64,000 bases of DNA from Lewinellaceae bacterium (GTDB taxonomy: Bacteria > Bacteroidota > Bacteroidia > Chitinophagales > Saprospiraceae), in the NCBI GenBank assembly GCA_020636275.1, contig JACJYD010000001.1, positions 80,868 through 144,867 on the forward strand, given 5' to 3'. A program made the position numbers and the translations under genes. This document shows, piece by piece, positions 28,756 through 38,446 of the stretch. Position 1 is the first letter of the stretch. The number at the start of each line of letters is the position of its first letter. Below the pieces are notes generated by a model, which was given only the letters and a program-made list of their open reading frames with translations, was not told the DNA's origin and searched no databases.

Positions 28756-29688
28756 ATGCGTCCAAACAATAAGATATACGTCGCCGGTCACAACGGTATG
28801 GTAGGTTCCGCCATCGTGCGGAAATTGCAACGGGAAGGTTTCAATAATCTGGTGTTGCGTTCGTCCAGGGAACTCGATCTGCGAAACCAGCAAGCCGTGC
28901 AGGACTTTTTCGCGGCGGAGAAGCCGGATTATGTTTTTTTGTCGGCCGCAAAAGTGGGTGGAATTTTGGCAAACGACACGTACCGGGCCGAGTTCATCTA
29001 CGAAAACCTGATGATCGAATGCAACGTGATCCACGCCGCCTGGCAAGCGGGTGTGGAAAAGTTGCTTTTTTTAGGTTCCTCCTGCATTTACCCCAAAAAA
29101 GCGCCCCAACCTTTAAAAGAAGATTATCTATTAACGGGCCTGCTGGAACCGACCAATCAGCCATACGCCATCGCCAAGATCGCGGGCATCGAATTGTGCA
29201 ATTCTTACCGCGCGCAATACGGCTGCGCCTTCATTTCGGTGATGCCCACTAATTTGTATGGCCCGAACGACAATTACGATCTGGAAAAATCGCACGTTTT
29301 GCCTGCTTTGCTGCGCAAATTTCACGAAGCGAAAAAATACCACGAGCCGTCGGTGACCCTTTGGGGCTCCGGAAGTCCAAAACGCGAGTTCCTGCACGTC
29401 GATGACCTCGCGGCCGCCTGTTTCTTTTTGATGCAAACCTATAATGAACCCGGCCTGATCAACATCGGCACCGGAGAAGATATCGCCATCGCCGACCTGG
29501 CCCAACTGATCAAGAAGATCGTAGGTTATGAAGGCGCCATTGAGCACGATCTATCGAAGCCGGACGGCACACCCCGAAAGCTAATGGATGTCAGCAAGCT
29601 GGCAGCTGCCGGGTGGAAGGCCAAGATTTCGCTGGAAGCAGGTATCCGGTCGGTTTACGAAGGGCTGAAGGAGGAATCCTGGTATTGA
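28756..29688 (+). CDS. fcl: GDP-L-fucose synthase
   Basis: 310 aa with [15 protein letters not shown], the catalytic YAIAKIAG, and [11 protein letters not shown], typical of Fcl/WcaG. Confidence 0.9.
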   Translation: MRPNNKIYVAGHNGMVGSAIVRKLQREGFNNLVLRSSRELDLRNQQAVQDFFAAEKPDYVFLSAAKVGGILANDTYRAEFIYENLMIECNVIHAAWQAGVEKLLFLGSSCIYPKKAPQPLKEDYLLTGLLEPTNQPYAIAKIAGIELCNSYRAQYGCAFISVMPTNLYGPNDNYDLEKSHVLPALLRKFHEAKKYHEPSVTLWGSGSPKREFLHVDDLAAACFFLMQTYNEPGLINIGTGEDIAIADLAQLIKKIVGYEGAIEHDLSKPDGTPRKLMDVSKLAAAGWKAKISLEAGIRSVYEGLKEESWY

Positions 29689-29706
29689 CCGGGGAAAAGA
29701 AATACT

Positions 29707-30798
29707 ATGACAACTAACACAGCACCAACCTATGTAGCGATCATGGCAGGAGGCGTGGGCAGCCGCTTCTGGCCGGCCAGCCGGACGAACAGCCCCAAGC
29801 AGTTTCACGATATGCTGGGCGTGGGAAAATCCCTGATCCGACTGACCTACGAGCGTTTTTTACGGCTCTGCCCTTCGGCGCACATTTTTGTCGTGACCAA
29901 CCAGATATATAAGACTTTGGTCAGGGAGCACTTGCCGGAGTTGAGTGAGAATCAGATCCTCTGCGAGCCTTCCCGCAACAATACCGGGCCCTGTATCGCT
30001 TATTCGGCATTCAAACTCCATGCCCTCGATCCGAATGCCAACATGATCGTCGCGCCTTCCGACCACATCATCACCGATGAAAAGACTTTTATGGAGACGG
30101 TCCGCCACGGACTGGCCTTTACAGCTAAAGAAGACGCGTTGGTGACGCTGGGTATTCAGCCCTCGCGGCCCGACACCGGGTACGGTTATATCCGGTTTGA
30201 GACGACCCCTGTTGCAGATCGGGTCTATCCCGTGGCCCAATTCACCGAGAAACCCGATCTGGAGCGCGCCCGGTCCTTTTTAGCCAGCGGTGATTACTTG
30301 TGGAATGCCGGCATTTTTATCTGGCGGGCCTCCTCTATTTTGAATGCCTTCGAGCAGCACGCCACCGAAATTTTCCAATTGCTCGGCGCGGAGCCGGAGG
30401 TGTATAACACCCCAGCCGAGCAGGCCTTTATCGACCGCGAGTACCCCAAGACCCCAAGCATTTCGGTCGACTTTGCCATTATGGAGAAAGCAGAAAACGT
30501 ATTTGTCATCCCCTCTGATTTCGGTTGGTCGGATCTGGGCACCTGGGCTTCGCTGCACGCCGAGTCGGAAAAAGACGACGACAGAAATGTGGTACAGGGA
30601 AAAAAAGTGATCCTGGAAGACGTCTCCAATTCCCTTATCCGCGTCCATGGAGACAAGATCGTCGTCATAAAAGGGTTGGAAGATTTTATCGTGGTGGATG
30701 AAGGGGATATCCTGGTCATTTTCCCGAAATCGAAAGAGCAGGAGATCAAGCAGGTGACGGAAGAGGTGAGGAATCGGTTTGGAGGGGAATTTGTTTAG
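29707..30798 (+). CDS. manC: mannose-1-phosphate guanylyltransferase (short form)
   Basis: 363 aa with the nucleotidyltransferase motif IMAGGVGSRFWPASR..PKQF. It lies in a GDP-fucose gene context. Confidence 0.8.
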   Translation: MTTNTAPTYVAIMAGGVGSRFWPASRTNSPKQFHDMLGVGKSLIRLTYERFLRLCPSAHIFVVTNQIYKTLVREHLPELSENQILCEPSRNNTGPCIAYSAFKLHALDPNANMIVAPSDHIITDEKTFMETVRHGLAFTAKEDALVTLGIQPSRPDTGYGYIRFETTPVADRVYPVAQFTEKPDLERARSFLASGDYLWNAGIFIWRASSILNAFEQHATEIFQLLGAEPEVYNTPAEQAFIDREYPKTPSISVDFAIMEKAENVFVIPSDFGWSDLGTWASLHAESEKDDDRNVVQGKKVILEDVSNSLIRVHGDKIVVIKGLEDFIVVDEGDILVIFPKSKEQEIKQVTEEVRNRFGGEFV

Positions 30799-30800
30799 AA

Positions 30801-30823
30801 ATGGCATTTCTAAGAAATGCCAT
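30801..30823 (+). other. 10-bp perfect hairpin immediately after the manC stop
   Basis: ATGGCATTTC (30801-30810) pairs with GAAATGCCAT (30814-30823) around loop TAA. No T-run, so the function (attenuation or mRNA stability) is unknown. Confidence 0.5.
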
Positions 30824-30846
30824 ATCCTTGAGTAAATTGAAATAAT

Positions 30847-32013
30847 TTGAAAAAAACACCGCGAACCATAGCCCTGGTCGCAAATACGAGTTGGAACCTG
30901 GTCCATTTCCGGTTTTCCCTGGCGGAGCAATTGCAGGACAGCGGGTACCGGGTGCTGGCTATTGCCCCACCGGGAGCTTATGCCGAGCGGTTGCGCACGT
31001 ACCCTTTTTCACGCTATCACGCCTGGAGCAAACTCCGGGCGCACGGACAAAACGTGCTGCAGGAATGGGCCGCGGCCCGTGAACTCCGGCAACTTTACCG
31101 GATTTTAAGGCCTGACCTGACACTGCATTTCACCATTAAACCCAATTTATATGGCACCTGGGCCTCTTCCCGTTTAGGCATCCCTTCCATCAGCACGATC
31201 ACCGGGTTGGGGTATCCCTTCTTACACCCCGGCGGGGGAAATCGCCTGGTCCCTTTCTTATATCGAGAAGCCCTGAAAGGTACCACTGCCACTGTTTTCC
31301 AAAACGAAGATGACCGCTCCCTTTTTCTGAAAACAGGACTGGTGGCCCCGGCAAAGACCCGGCTGATTCCCGGCTCGGGAGTGGATACCCGTTTTTTCCA
31401 TCCCCTTTCCGAAAACCACCGGGAAGGGACTTTCACTTTTCTCTATGCGGGGCGCTTATTGCGCGACAAAGGCATACTGGAATACCTCAAAGCCGCGTGC
31501 CAAATCGCTGAATCGAGACCAGGTCTACGCTTTTGGATCGCCGGAGAAATGGAACCGGAAAACCCCGCAGCATTGACCAGACGCGAGTTGGACCCCTATT
31601 TTTCACATCCCGCTTTCAAATACTGGGGCTTTTTGGAAGATATTCGTCCCGTGATGGCGCAGGCTGACGTATTCGTGCTTCCCTCTTACCGGGAAGGCAT
31701 GCCCAGGGCGGTGCTGGAAGCAATGGCCATGGGAAAACCGATTGTAACCACCGATGCCCCGGGTTGTAAAGAGACGGTCGAACCCGGAGAAAATGGCCTC
31801 TTGGTGCCGGTCCGGGACGAAGAGGCGCTCACCCTGGCCATGCGGCAACTCATGGAGCTCTCGCCGGCGGTATTGCGGGACATGGGCGAAAAAAGCCGGC
31901 AACGCGCGTTGGACCGGTTTAACATGCAAGCCATCAACCAGCAGTTTTTGGACCTGATCAAAGAGGTATTAGCCGATGGAATCCCAGCGAAAAAGCGTTC
32001 AGTCGTTTTTTGA
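30847..32013 (+). CDS. GT-B fold glycosyltransferase (family 4-like)
   Basis: 388 aa. The C-terminal half has the GT4 signature PSYREGMPRAVLEAMAMGKPIVTTDAPGCKETVEPGENGLLV. TTG start. Confidence 0.75.
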   Translation: MKKTPRTIALVANTSWNLVHFRFSLAEQLQDSGYRVLAIAPPGAYAERLRTYPFSRYHAWSKLRAHGQNVLQEWAAARELRQLYRILRPDLTLHFTIKPNLYGTWASSRLGIPSISTITGLGYPFLHPGGGNRLVPFLYREALKGTTATVFQNEDDRSLFLKTGLVAPAKTRLIPGSGVDTRFFHPLSENHREGTFTFLYAGRLLRDKGILEYLKAACQIAESRPGLRFWIAGEMEPENPAALTRRELDPYFSHPAFKYWGFLEDIRPVMAQADVFVLPSYREGMPRAVLEAMAMGKPIVTTDAPGCKETVEPGENGLLVPVRDEEALTLAMRQLMELSPAVLRDMGEKSRQRALDRFNMQAINQQFLDLIKEVLADGIPAKKRSVVF

Positions 32014-32740
32014 CCGGCTCGCTCCCAACTACCGGCAACGATACGAAGGAAAACAGCCCTTTTTGAAATACCTGCATGAAGAGCGGCTTGAAAAGGCTGT
32101 GGATGGATTGGATCTTTCCGGAAAAACAGTGCTGGACATTGGCGCCGGGACGGGTATCTTGTACGATCATTTGCTGCGTGCCCGTGTGCATACCCGCGAG
32201 GGGTTCGCCTATTATTCTTGCGATATCTCGGAAGCCATGCTGGCGGAGAGCCGGATCCCGCCCGATCGCCGTTGGGTGGGGACGCCCCGGGAATGCTCCT
32301 TTCCCGTACCTTCCTTTGACGCCATTTTCCTTCTCGGCGTCACCACCTATCTGACCAAAGCTGAACTGGAGGATATGCTCGACTTTATTGCCACTCACCG
32401 CTCTCCCGGAGGTATGGCCGTTTTGAGCTTCAGCAACCGGGAGTCCTGGGATTTCCAGTTTCGCCGGTTCGTGGCGCCTTTGTTGCCTAAACGGTTGTTG
32501 CGGAAAACGGTATTGGGGCAAGCGTTCCCATTTCGGGGATATTCAGTGAGGGAGGTTTGGGAAATGCTGCCGGACGGGGTCGGTATAGAGAAGGTGGTTT
32601 GGATGAATGCGACGGCATTTCCGTTCAGTCGAATTTTCCCTGGGGCTTCCGTTCGTTTGTCAAAATGGGTGTTGGGGCTGCGTTTGCCGGATTGGATACT
32701 GAGGAAGATTTGTGGAGATTTTTTGCTTAAAATTTCCTGA
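31976..32740 (+). CDS. class I SAM-dependent methyltransferase
   Basis: 254 aa with motif I VLDIGAGTGIL and an N-terminal FFDRLAPNY pattern. It overlaps the upstream gene by 38 nt. Confidence 0.7.
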   Translation: MESQRKSVQSFFDRLAPNYRQRYEGKQPFLKYLHEERLEKAVDGLDLSGKTVLDIGAGTGILYDHLLRARVHTREGFAYYSCDISEAMLAESRIPPDRRWVGTPRECSFPVPSFDAIFLLGVTTYLTKAELEDMLDFIATHRSPGGMAVLSFSNRESWDFQFRRFVAPLLPKRLLRKTVLGQAFPFRGYSVREVWEMLPDGVGIEKVVWMNATAFPFSRIFPGASVRLSKWVLGLRLPDWILRKICGDFLLKIS

Positions 32741-32847
32741 TATTCAGCATGGTGTAAATTGTTGTTTCTTGGGCTATTCATGCTATGCCTGTTGGCAGTG
32801 GGGTACATCTATTGGAAACTGTTGCTGTGAGCAGGTGCAAGGCAAGG

Positions 32848-34143
32848 TTAAATTTCCTGAATCAGCCTGCCATATTCCTCTGAAATTGCCATTGCAGAAA
32901 AACGACGGCTCCATTTCCCGACGACCTCGCCAGATATCTCCCAATCCCGGGCATGTTCCAGGAAAGTTTCCAAACGAATTTTTGTGTTTTCTTCATCCCA
33001 TGGGATGCTCAGCACGTATTCCTCATTACCTACCATCGGCATCGCCGGGTCGGCCGGCGTTTGCATCAGATGCAGCACCGGCCTTCCTGCTATCAAATAA
33101 TCCGCCCATTTGCTGGGCAGTTGGAAGGAAGTGGTATTCCCCAGCATGACCAATACATCCATTTCCTGCATCTCGGAGAGCACTTCTTCCCTTGGCAGGA
33201 CCGGATGAAAGACCAGGTGTTGTTTTAATTCGGGGAAGCGGTCAAACGCCGGCCAAAATTCCTCAAAGATGGCCCCATAAATATGCAACTCCCAGTAGGT
33301 CATGGAGGAGCGAAGCCTTTCAAAAAAGAACAACATGGGTTCCGGCTTGCGGATGTGCCGGAAAAAACTCCCGAAGTATCCAAATTGCAGGGGCCGGGCG
33401 GGGTTTTTCCAGGGAATGTGGATCGGCGGTAAAGAAGAGCTCATGGGCGAGATCACCTGGACAGGCGTTTGCAAAAGCGGGAACTGCTTGCCGTAGGCCT
33501 CCGCCAGTCCTTCGTTGGTGACGGTGATGCCGTCGGCTGTTTCCAGTACCAGGCGTTCAGCTTTTCGGTTCTTCCGATGGTACAAAAGTGCGTTATTGAG
33601 CGGATGCCGGGTTTGCAGGGAGAAAGGGTCTCCCACATCGACGATCCAATGGAGTTTTGGAAACCGCCGCTTCAGTTTTTGCGCAATCCAATGGGCGCTG
33701 AAAGGCAGCGACACGCTGATCAAGGCATCCCACTGGCCTTTCCCCAACAATTGGATGCTTTTTTTCTGTGCTGCCGGCAGCCACAACCACGCATCATCGG
33801 GCCAATACCAGGGTTTCAACAGCCAATCGTTTAGCCGGCGAGGCCACGGGGACGGTTTCAGATGAAGCGTCTCCCCTCGCTGCGGCATTTTCCGAAAGAA
33901 ATAATACGCAAGTTCCTTCACCGAATTGAACCCGGTACGGTGCAAGTGGATTCCTTCCCAAACTCCCTCCTTCGGCCAATCGGGGCTCCGGGAGCAAACC
34001 ACGTGTACTTCCCATCCCAACTGCACCCATGCCCGTGCAATGGCCGTCCATCGGTAGGCCCGCGGATTGCGGTAGGGGAAGAAGTAGGGGGTGAGTAGGA
34101 GGATGCGCACGGGGGGGGTTATTTTATGGATAGCAAAAACCAC
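32848..34143 (-). CDS. putative GT-B fold glycosyltransferase
   Basis: 431 aa. The N-terminus RILLLTPYFFPYRNPRAYRWTAIARAW..GWEVHVV resembles the GT4 N-domain. The C-domain is divergent and the start is uncertain. Confidence 0.5.
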   Translation of the reverse strand: MVFAIHKITPPVRILLLTPYFFPYRNPRAYRWTAIARAWVQLGWEVHVVCSRSPDWPKEGVWEGIHLHRTGFNSVKELAYYFFRKMPQRGETLHLKPSPWPRRLNDWLLKPWYWPDDAWLWLPAAQKKSIQLLGKGQWDALISVSLPFSAHWIAQKLKRRFPKLHWIVDVGDPFSLQTRHPLNNALLYHRKNRKAERLVLETADGITVTNEGLAEAYGKQFPLLQTPVQVISPMSSSLPPIHIPWKNPARPLQFGYFGSFFRHIRKPEPMLFFFERLRSSMTYWELHIYGAIFEEFWPAFDRFPELKQHLVFHPVLPREEVLSEMQEMDVLVMLGNTTSFQLPSKWADYLIAGRPVLHLMQTPADPAMPMVGNEEYVLSIPWDEENTKIRLETFLEHARDWEISGEVVGKWSRRFSAMAISEEYGRLIQEI

Positions 34144-35564
34144 GATTTGATCGCAAGGACAAAAGGCCGGTCAAATATCCAAAGGGTGACCATGTAGAGG
34201 ATCGCTGAACCGACCATTCCGATCACTAGCTTATGAATATCTGGAATATTCCAAAAATCCAATAATAACAGGAAGAATCCAACAGGTAGTGTGAAAAGGA
34301 TACATCGAATCAGGATGCGCAGGAACGGCGAAATAGAAATGCCTCCTTTTTTTCGTAAAAGCCAAAGCCATGCTCCTAATAATCCCCAATATGGGACGGC
34401 CTGAACAAGGGCTGCAGATTCGAGCGAGCAGTAGAATGGAAAGACGGTTATCAGTAGCAGTGCGGTTGTTGCTGAGACCACTATATTCCAGGAAAAATTC
34501 ACATCAGAATGGCCTTGTGCAAGGAATATCCCAGCTCCCAGATTAGTGAAAGCCCTGCCCAGGCCCAAAAGGGAAAGCAGCGAAAGACAGATGGCTCCTC
34601 TTGCCCATGCAGGACCAAAGAAAATGGTAAGAATAGGAGCAGGAAAAAGTCCCAAAAACAGCAGGACTGGGATATTAATAGACATTAAAGTATGGGTGAT
34701 TTTTTGGAAAACCAGATTGCGTTTTTCTGGCTGATCTTGGACCGTAGAGAGAACCGGGTAGGCGACCCTGGTGATCAAAGGGTTGATCCGGGAGACAGGC
34801 ACCATCGCCAACTCCCAAGCTATTGCATACAGGCCAAGTTCATAAGCCCCCAAATACCGACCAATAATCGCCTTGTCCACCACCGAGCTTAGGATAGAAA
34901 CAAGGTTATTTCCTGCTTCGTACAGGCCAAACCGCAACATTTTTTTGATGGAGCGGAACTGCAGAGTGAATCCGGGCATATCTTCCCGTCCCATCCACCA
35001 GGAAAAAAGAGTATTTGCAAGGTTCCTCACCAGGAACCCCCACGAGATTGACAATGCTCCCAATCCCTTGTAAGCCAGAAGTATGGAAATAATGAAATCA
35101 AATGTTGCCCCAATCAACTGGATGAAAGCCAGTTTGTCGAATTCCATTCGACGGGTGAATAGCGCTTGGAACACATTGCCAGGAGGTGACAACAGGAAGG
35201 AAAAACTGCCAATCAAAAGCAAAGGCCGTATGTTTGCTTCCTCAAAAAAAAGGACCCACAGAGGCATCAACGCATTGACCCCTATAAAAGCGAGAGTTCC
35301 TGTCAACATTTGAACCCAAAAAAGACTGGAAAACTGACTTTTGGATAGGTTTTTACTTTGGATAATGGCCTGACCGATCCCGCCTTGCATAACCGGCAGA
35401 GCCAATCGGATAATCACCCACGCCATGGCCATTTTTCCCCATTCATAGGGATCCAACAGCCGAGCCAGCCAAATGATCTGAACGACCTGAAGCGCGGTAG
35501 TATATCCTACCGAAAGGCTATTCCATTTTGCACTTTTAAGCGCGCGGGTCTTAAGATCGTTCAA
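34119..35564 (-). CDS. wzx: polysaccharide/O-unit flippase (Wzx, MOP superfamily)
   Basis: 481 aa with roughly 12-14 predicted transmembrane helices. The N-terminal SAKWNSLSVGYTTALQVVQIIWLARLL pattern is typical of Wzx-type flippases. It is visibly more AT-rich than its neighbours. Confidence 0.75.
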   Translation of the reverse strand: MNDLKTRALKSAKWNSLSVGYTTALQVVQIIWLARLLDPYEWGKMAMAWVIIRLALPVMQGGIGQAIIQSKNLSKSQFSSLFWVQMLTGTLAFIGVNALMPLWVLFFEEANIRPLLLIGSFSFLLSPPGNVFQALFTRRMEFDKLAFIQLIGATFDFIISILLAYKGLGALSISWGFLVRNLANTLFSWWMGREDMPGFTLQFRSIKKMLRFGLYEAGNNLVSILSSVVDKAIIGRYLGAYELGLYAIAWELAMVPVSRINPLITRVAYPVLSTVQDQPEKRNLVFQKITHTLMSINIPVLLFLGLFPAPILTIFFGPAWARGAICLSLLSLLGLGRAFTNLGAGIFLAQGHSDVNFSWNIVVSATTALLLITVFPFYCSLESAALVQAVPYWGLLGAWLWLLRKKGGISISPFLRILIRCILFTLPVGFFLLLLDFWNIPDIHKLVIGMVGSAILYMVTLWIFDRPFVLAIKSWFLLSIK

Positions 35565-35605
35565 ATTGGGAAATTTTTCTAAGTTGCAAGAAAATAGAAA
35601 AATTT

Positions 35606-36568
35606 ATGCCCTCTCGGCAATTCATTGAAAAATATATCCGCCTTAGCGAAAAAAACGACCTCCCCTTCCAGGCTCATCCCTGGTGGCTGGATACCGTTTG
35701 CGGGCCGGATGGCTGGGATGTGGCACTGGCTTTCGACGCTGATGATCAGCCTATTGGGGCGCTTCCTTTTGGTAAATTGCAGCGAAGCAGGCTCCCCATC
35801 CTGAAAATGCCCCCATTCACTGCGTATTTTCCAGTCTGGCTGAAAGATATGGGAGCTGATCGCACGGTGCGCCAGTACCATTGGGAACACCGGGTTCTGG
35901 AAGAACTCATCTCCCAACTCCCCTCCCGCTGGCTGATCGACCAACAGTATGCACCTGAGCTTACCAATGGGCTGCCCTTTCACAGCAAAGGATTCAAGGT
36001 TTATACCCGATATACCTACCAGTTGGAACCCCGGCTCCCGGTTGATGCAATGTGGGCAGATATGGAATCAGCTACCCGGAACGCGATCCGGAAGGCCAAA
36101 ACGCAGGTCCGTCTCCGTTCCAACGGTAGTCCGGAGCAATTTTACGAACTCGTTCGCCTCGGCTACCGGAAAAAAGACATGAAACCTCCGTTTTCCCTTG
36201 ACGCCTTACAATCTATTGATGACTGCCTGACTGCCCGTGAGATGCGCACCATCTACATGGCGGAAGATGAGCATGGACAACTTCACGCCGCTTGTTACGT
36301 GGTTTGGGATCGAAACCGGGCCTATGGCCTGCTGAATGTCGCCCATCCCGAACACCGGAAAAGCGGCGCTCAATATCGCGTCCTCTGGCAAGCCCTCAAA
36401 GACGCTTCCAAACGGGGAGCAACTTTCGACTTCGAGGGCAGTATGCTGCCCCGGATCGAACGCGTGTTCCGGTCGTTCGGGGCGAAGCGCGTACCCTACA
36501 TCCGGGTGGTGCGGTATCAAAACCGTTTTTTCGAAGCGATGGCCACTTTACTTGGAAAAAACCGATGA
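35606..36568 (+). CDS. FemAB/GNAT-fold acyltransferase-like protein of polysaccharide loci
   Basis: 320 aa soluble protein. The size and C-terminal pattern (..YRVLWQALKDASKRGATFDFEGS) resemble FemAB-related or BioF2-like acetyltransferase domains. Weak call. Confidence 0.4.
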   Translation: MPSRQFIEKYIRLSEKNDLPFQAHPWWLDTVCGPDGWDVALAFDADDQPIGALPFGKLQRSRLPILKMPPFTAYFPVWLKDMGADRTVRQYHWEHRVLEELISQLPSRWLIDQQYAPELTNGLPFHSKGFKVYTRYTYQLEPRLPVDAMWADMESATRNAIRKAKTQVRLRSNGSPEQFYELVRLGYRKKDMKPPFSLDALQSIDDCLTAREMRTIYMAEDEHGQLHAACYVVWDRNRAYGLLNVAHPEHRKSGAQYRVLWQALKDASKRGATFDFEGSMLPRIERVFRSFGAKRVPYIRVVRYQNRFFEAMATLLGKNR

Positions 36569-37620
36569 GCATGGAAGCCGCCGATCTTTTATTCACGGAA
36601 AAAGAATTTCAGCTTCGCACTCAGGCGGCAATGGACTGGATCCGGCGCAGCATCGACGTGCACGGCGGCAAGGGGTCGGCTGCTTATTTTTCCTTCGGTA
36701 AATGGGCGCCTGCCTATCCCGAAACGACAGGATACCTGATTGAGACGTTACTTGAGTATCATTTGAAAACATATGCCCGTAGTTGTGGCCAATGGCTGCT
36801 GGAGGTGCAACACGCCGATGGTAGCTTCCCTTCCCGCTATGCCAACTCCGGTCGACCGAGTATCTTCAATACAGGCATGATCCTTTTCGGACTCACCCGC
36901 CTTTTCGAAGAATCAAAAGAAGAGGCTTACCGGAAAGCCCTATCCCGGGCCGTTGGTTGGCTCCTGGCCGAACTGGCGCCCGACGGCAGCTGGCCCGGCC
37001 ACGCCTTCGTACCGGGGTTCATTCCCTCATACTACACCCGGGCGGTTTGGGGATTGTTGCGGGCCAACCAGGTGCTGAAAGATCCAAATGTGGACCCGGA
37101 CATGCGAAAAGCAATGGACTATTACGCCCGGCGTATCCAACCCGACGGGACGGTCCGCGATTGGGGATTTCATCCGGGTAAACCGGCTTTCACTCATACC
37201 ATCGCCTATACCTGGCGCGGGTTTTGGGAGGCGGGGTTATTGCTGGAACAGGAGGAATGGCTCTCGGCCGTGCAAAGAGGCATGGAAAACTTGGCCGCCC
37301 TTCGCCAAAAGCACAACCGGCTCCCCGGAAGTCTGGATGAACAAGGGCGTGGCGATTTTTCTTTTTCCTGCCTCGCCGGCAATGTCCAACTCAGTCTCCT
37401 TTCGGGACGGATCTACCAGCATACAAAGGAAGCTCGCTACTTGATTATGGCACAGGATTTTTTCCGTGAAACTGCCGTTCGGCAGGTGCTACGCCCCAAA
37501 AGTAGTTACAATGGCGGCATCGCCGGTTCACATCCGCTATGGGGCTCCTACCAGCGGATGCGTTATCCGAACTGGGCGGTGAAGTTTTTTTTGGATGCAT
37601 ATTTGCAACTAAAACGTTAA
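36565..37620 (+). CDS. hypothetical protein, possibly alpha/alpha-toroid (prenyltransferase / squalene-cyclase-repeat-like)
   Basis: The start ATG at 36565 overlaps the upstream stop (ATGA). Repeated motifs DGSFPS, DGSWPG and DGTVRDWG at regular spacing resemble terpenoid-cyclase/prenyltransferase repeats. Confidence 0.4.
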   Translation: MSMEAADLLFTEKEFQLRTQAAMDWIRRSIDVHGGKGSAAYFSFGKWAPAYPETTGYLIETLLEYHLKTYARSCGQWLLEVQHADGSFPSRYANSGRPSIFNTGMILFGLTRLFEESKEEAYRKALSRAVGWLLAELAPDGSWPGHAFVPGFIPSYYTRAVWGLLRANQVLKDPNVDPDMRKAMDYYARRIQPDGTVRDWGFHPGKPAFTHTIAYTWRGFWEAGLLLEQEEWLSAVQRGMENLAALRQKHNRLPGSLDEQGRGDFSFSCLAGNVQLSLLSGRIYQHTKEARYLIMAQDFFRETAVRQVLRPKSSYNGGIAGSHPLWGSYQRMRYPNWAVKFFLDAYLQLKR

Positions 37621-37624
37621 CACC

Positions 37625-38359
37625 ATGCAATACGGCACCCTCTACCTCATTCCCACCCCCCTCGGCGAAGATCCGGTACAACCCATCCCCGACTATGTGG
37701 GGAAGGTGGTAGGCGAATTGAAGCATTTCGTGGCTGAGCGCGCCAAGACGGCGCGAAAGGCGCTAAAAGACATGGGCTACCCGCACCCCCTTCGGGAAGC
37801 GGAGATGATCGAATTGAACGAGCGAACCCCGGAAGCGGAGTTGGAGGATTTTTTAAAATTATTGCTCGCCGGCCATTCGATAGGTGTGCTTTCGGAAGCG
37901 GGCTGCCCGGGAGTAGCCGATCCCGGCGCGCGCGCGGTCGCCTGGGCGCATCGGAACGGCGTCCGGGTGGCGCCTTTGGTCGGCCCGTCCAGCATCCTGC
38001 TCGCCCTGATGGCCTCGGGGATGAACGGGCAGTCGTTCTGTTTTCACGGCTACCTGCCGCAAGAAAAGGGGGCCCTCAGTCAGCACTTGCGAAAACTGGA
38101 GCAGCAGTCTGCCCAGCAAAACCAGACCCAGCTTTTCATCGAAACCCCATATCGCAACCAGGCTTTGCTGGAAGTGGCGTTCCAAAGTCTGAAACCATCA
38201 ACCCTCTTTTGCATCGCCGCCGATCTGACCCTGCCAACGGAGTTTATCGCCACAAAAACGATCGGGGAGTGGAAGAAAAGGCTGCCGCCTGAACTGAATA
38301 AAAGGCCGGCCTTGTTTTTAATCCATACACAGGGGGGTGACCTCTTGGGCCGGACGTAG
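37625..38359 (+). CDS. SAM-dependent methyltransferase, tetrapyrrole-methylase (RsmI-like) fold
   Basis: 244 aa with GTLYLIPTPLG at the N-terminus and SEAGCPGVADPG...GPSSILLAL, typical of the TP-methylase/RsmI family. Confidence 0.7.
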   Translation: MQYGTLYLIPTPLGEDPVQPIPDYVGKVVGELKHFVAERAKTARKALKDMGYPHPLREAEMIELNERTPEAELEDFLKLLLAGHSIGVLSEAGCPGVADPGARAVAWAHRNGVRVAPLVGPSSILLALMASGMNGQSFCFHGYLPQEKGALSQHLRKLEQQSAQQNQTQLFIETPYRNQALLEVAFQSLKPSTLFCIAADLTLPTEFIATKTIGEWKKRLPPELNKRPALFLIHTQGGDLLGRT

Positions 38360-38369
38360 TTGTGACCTT

Positions 38370-38398
38370 TTACTTAGTTTTGCTTCTAAACTAAGTAA
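38370..38398 (+). terminator. 11-bp AT-rich hairpin after the methyltransferase gene
   Basis: TTACTTAGTTT (38370-38380) pairs with AAACTAAGTAA (38388-38398) around a 7-nt loop, followed by ACAATTTTTA. Confidence 0.45.
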
Positions 38399-38446
38399 AC
38401 AATTTTTACTTGCCTGGCGTTAGAGTGATAAACAAAAAATAGCTTC

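Noticed and set aside
36292-36564. Upstream extension of the alpha/alpha-toroid-like ORF; similar 5' extensions at 25638-25703, 26749-26841, 43702-43734 and 43591-43638
   Set aside because: The extensions overlap the preceding genes in another frame and encode Arg/Pro/Ser-rich junk. Internal ATGs give canonical N-termini or ATGA coupling.
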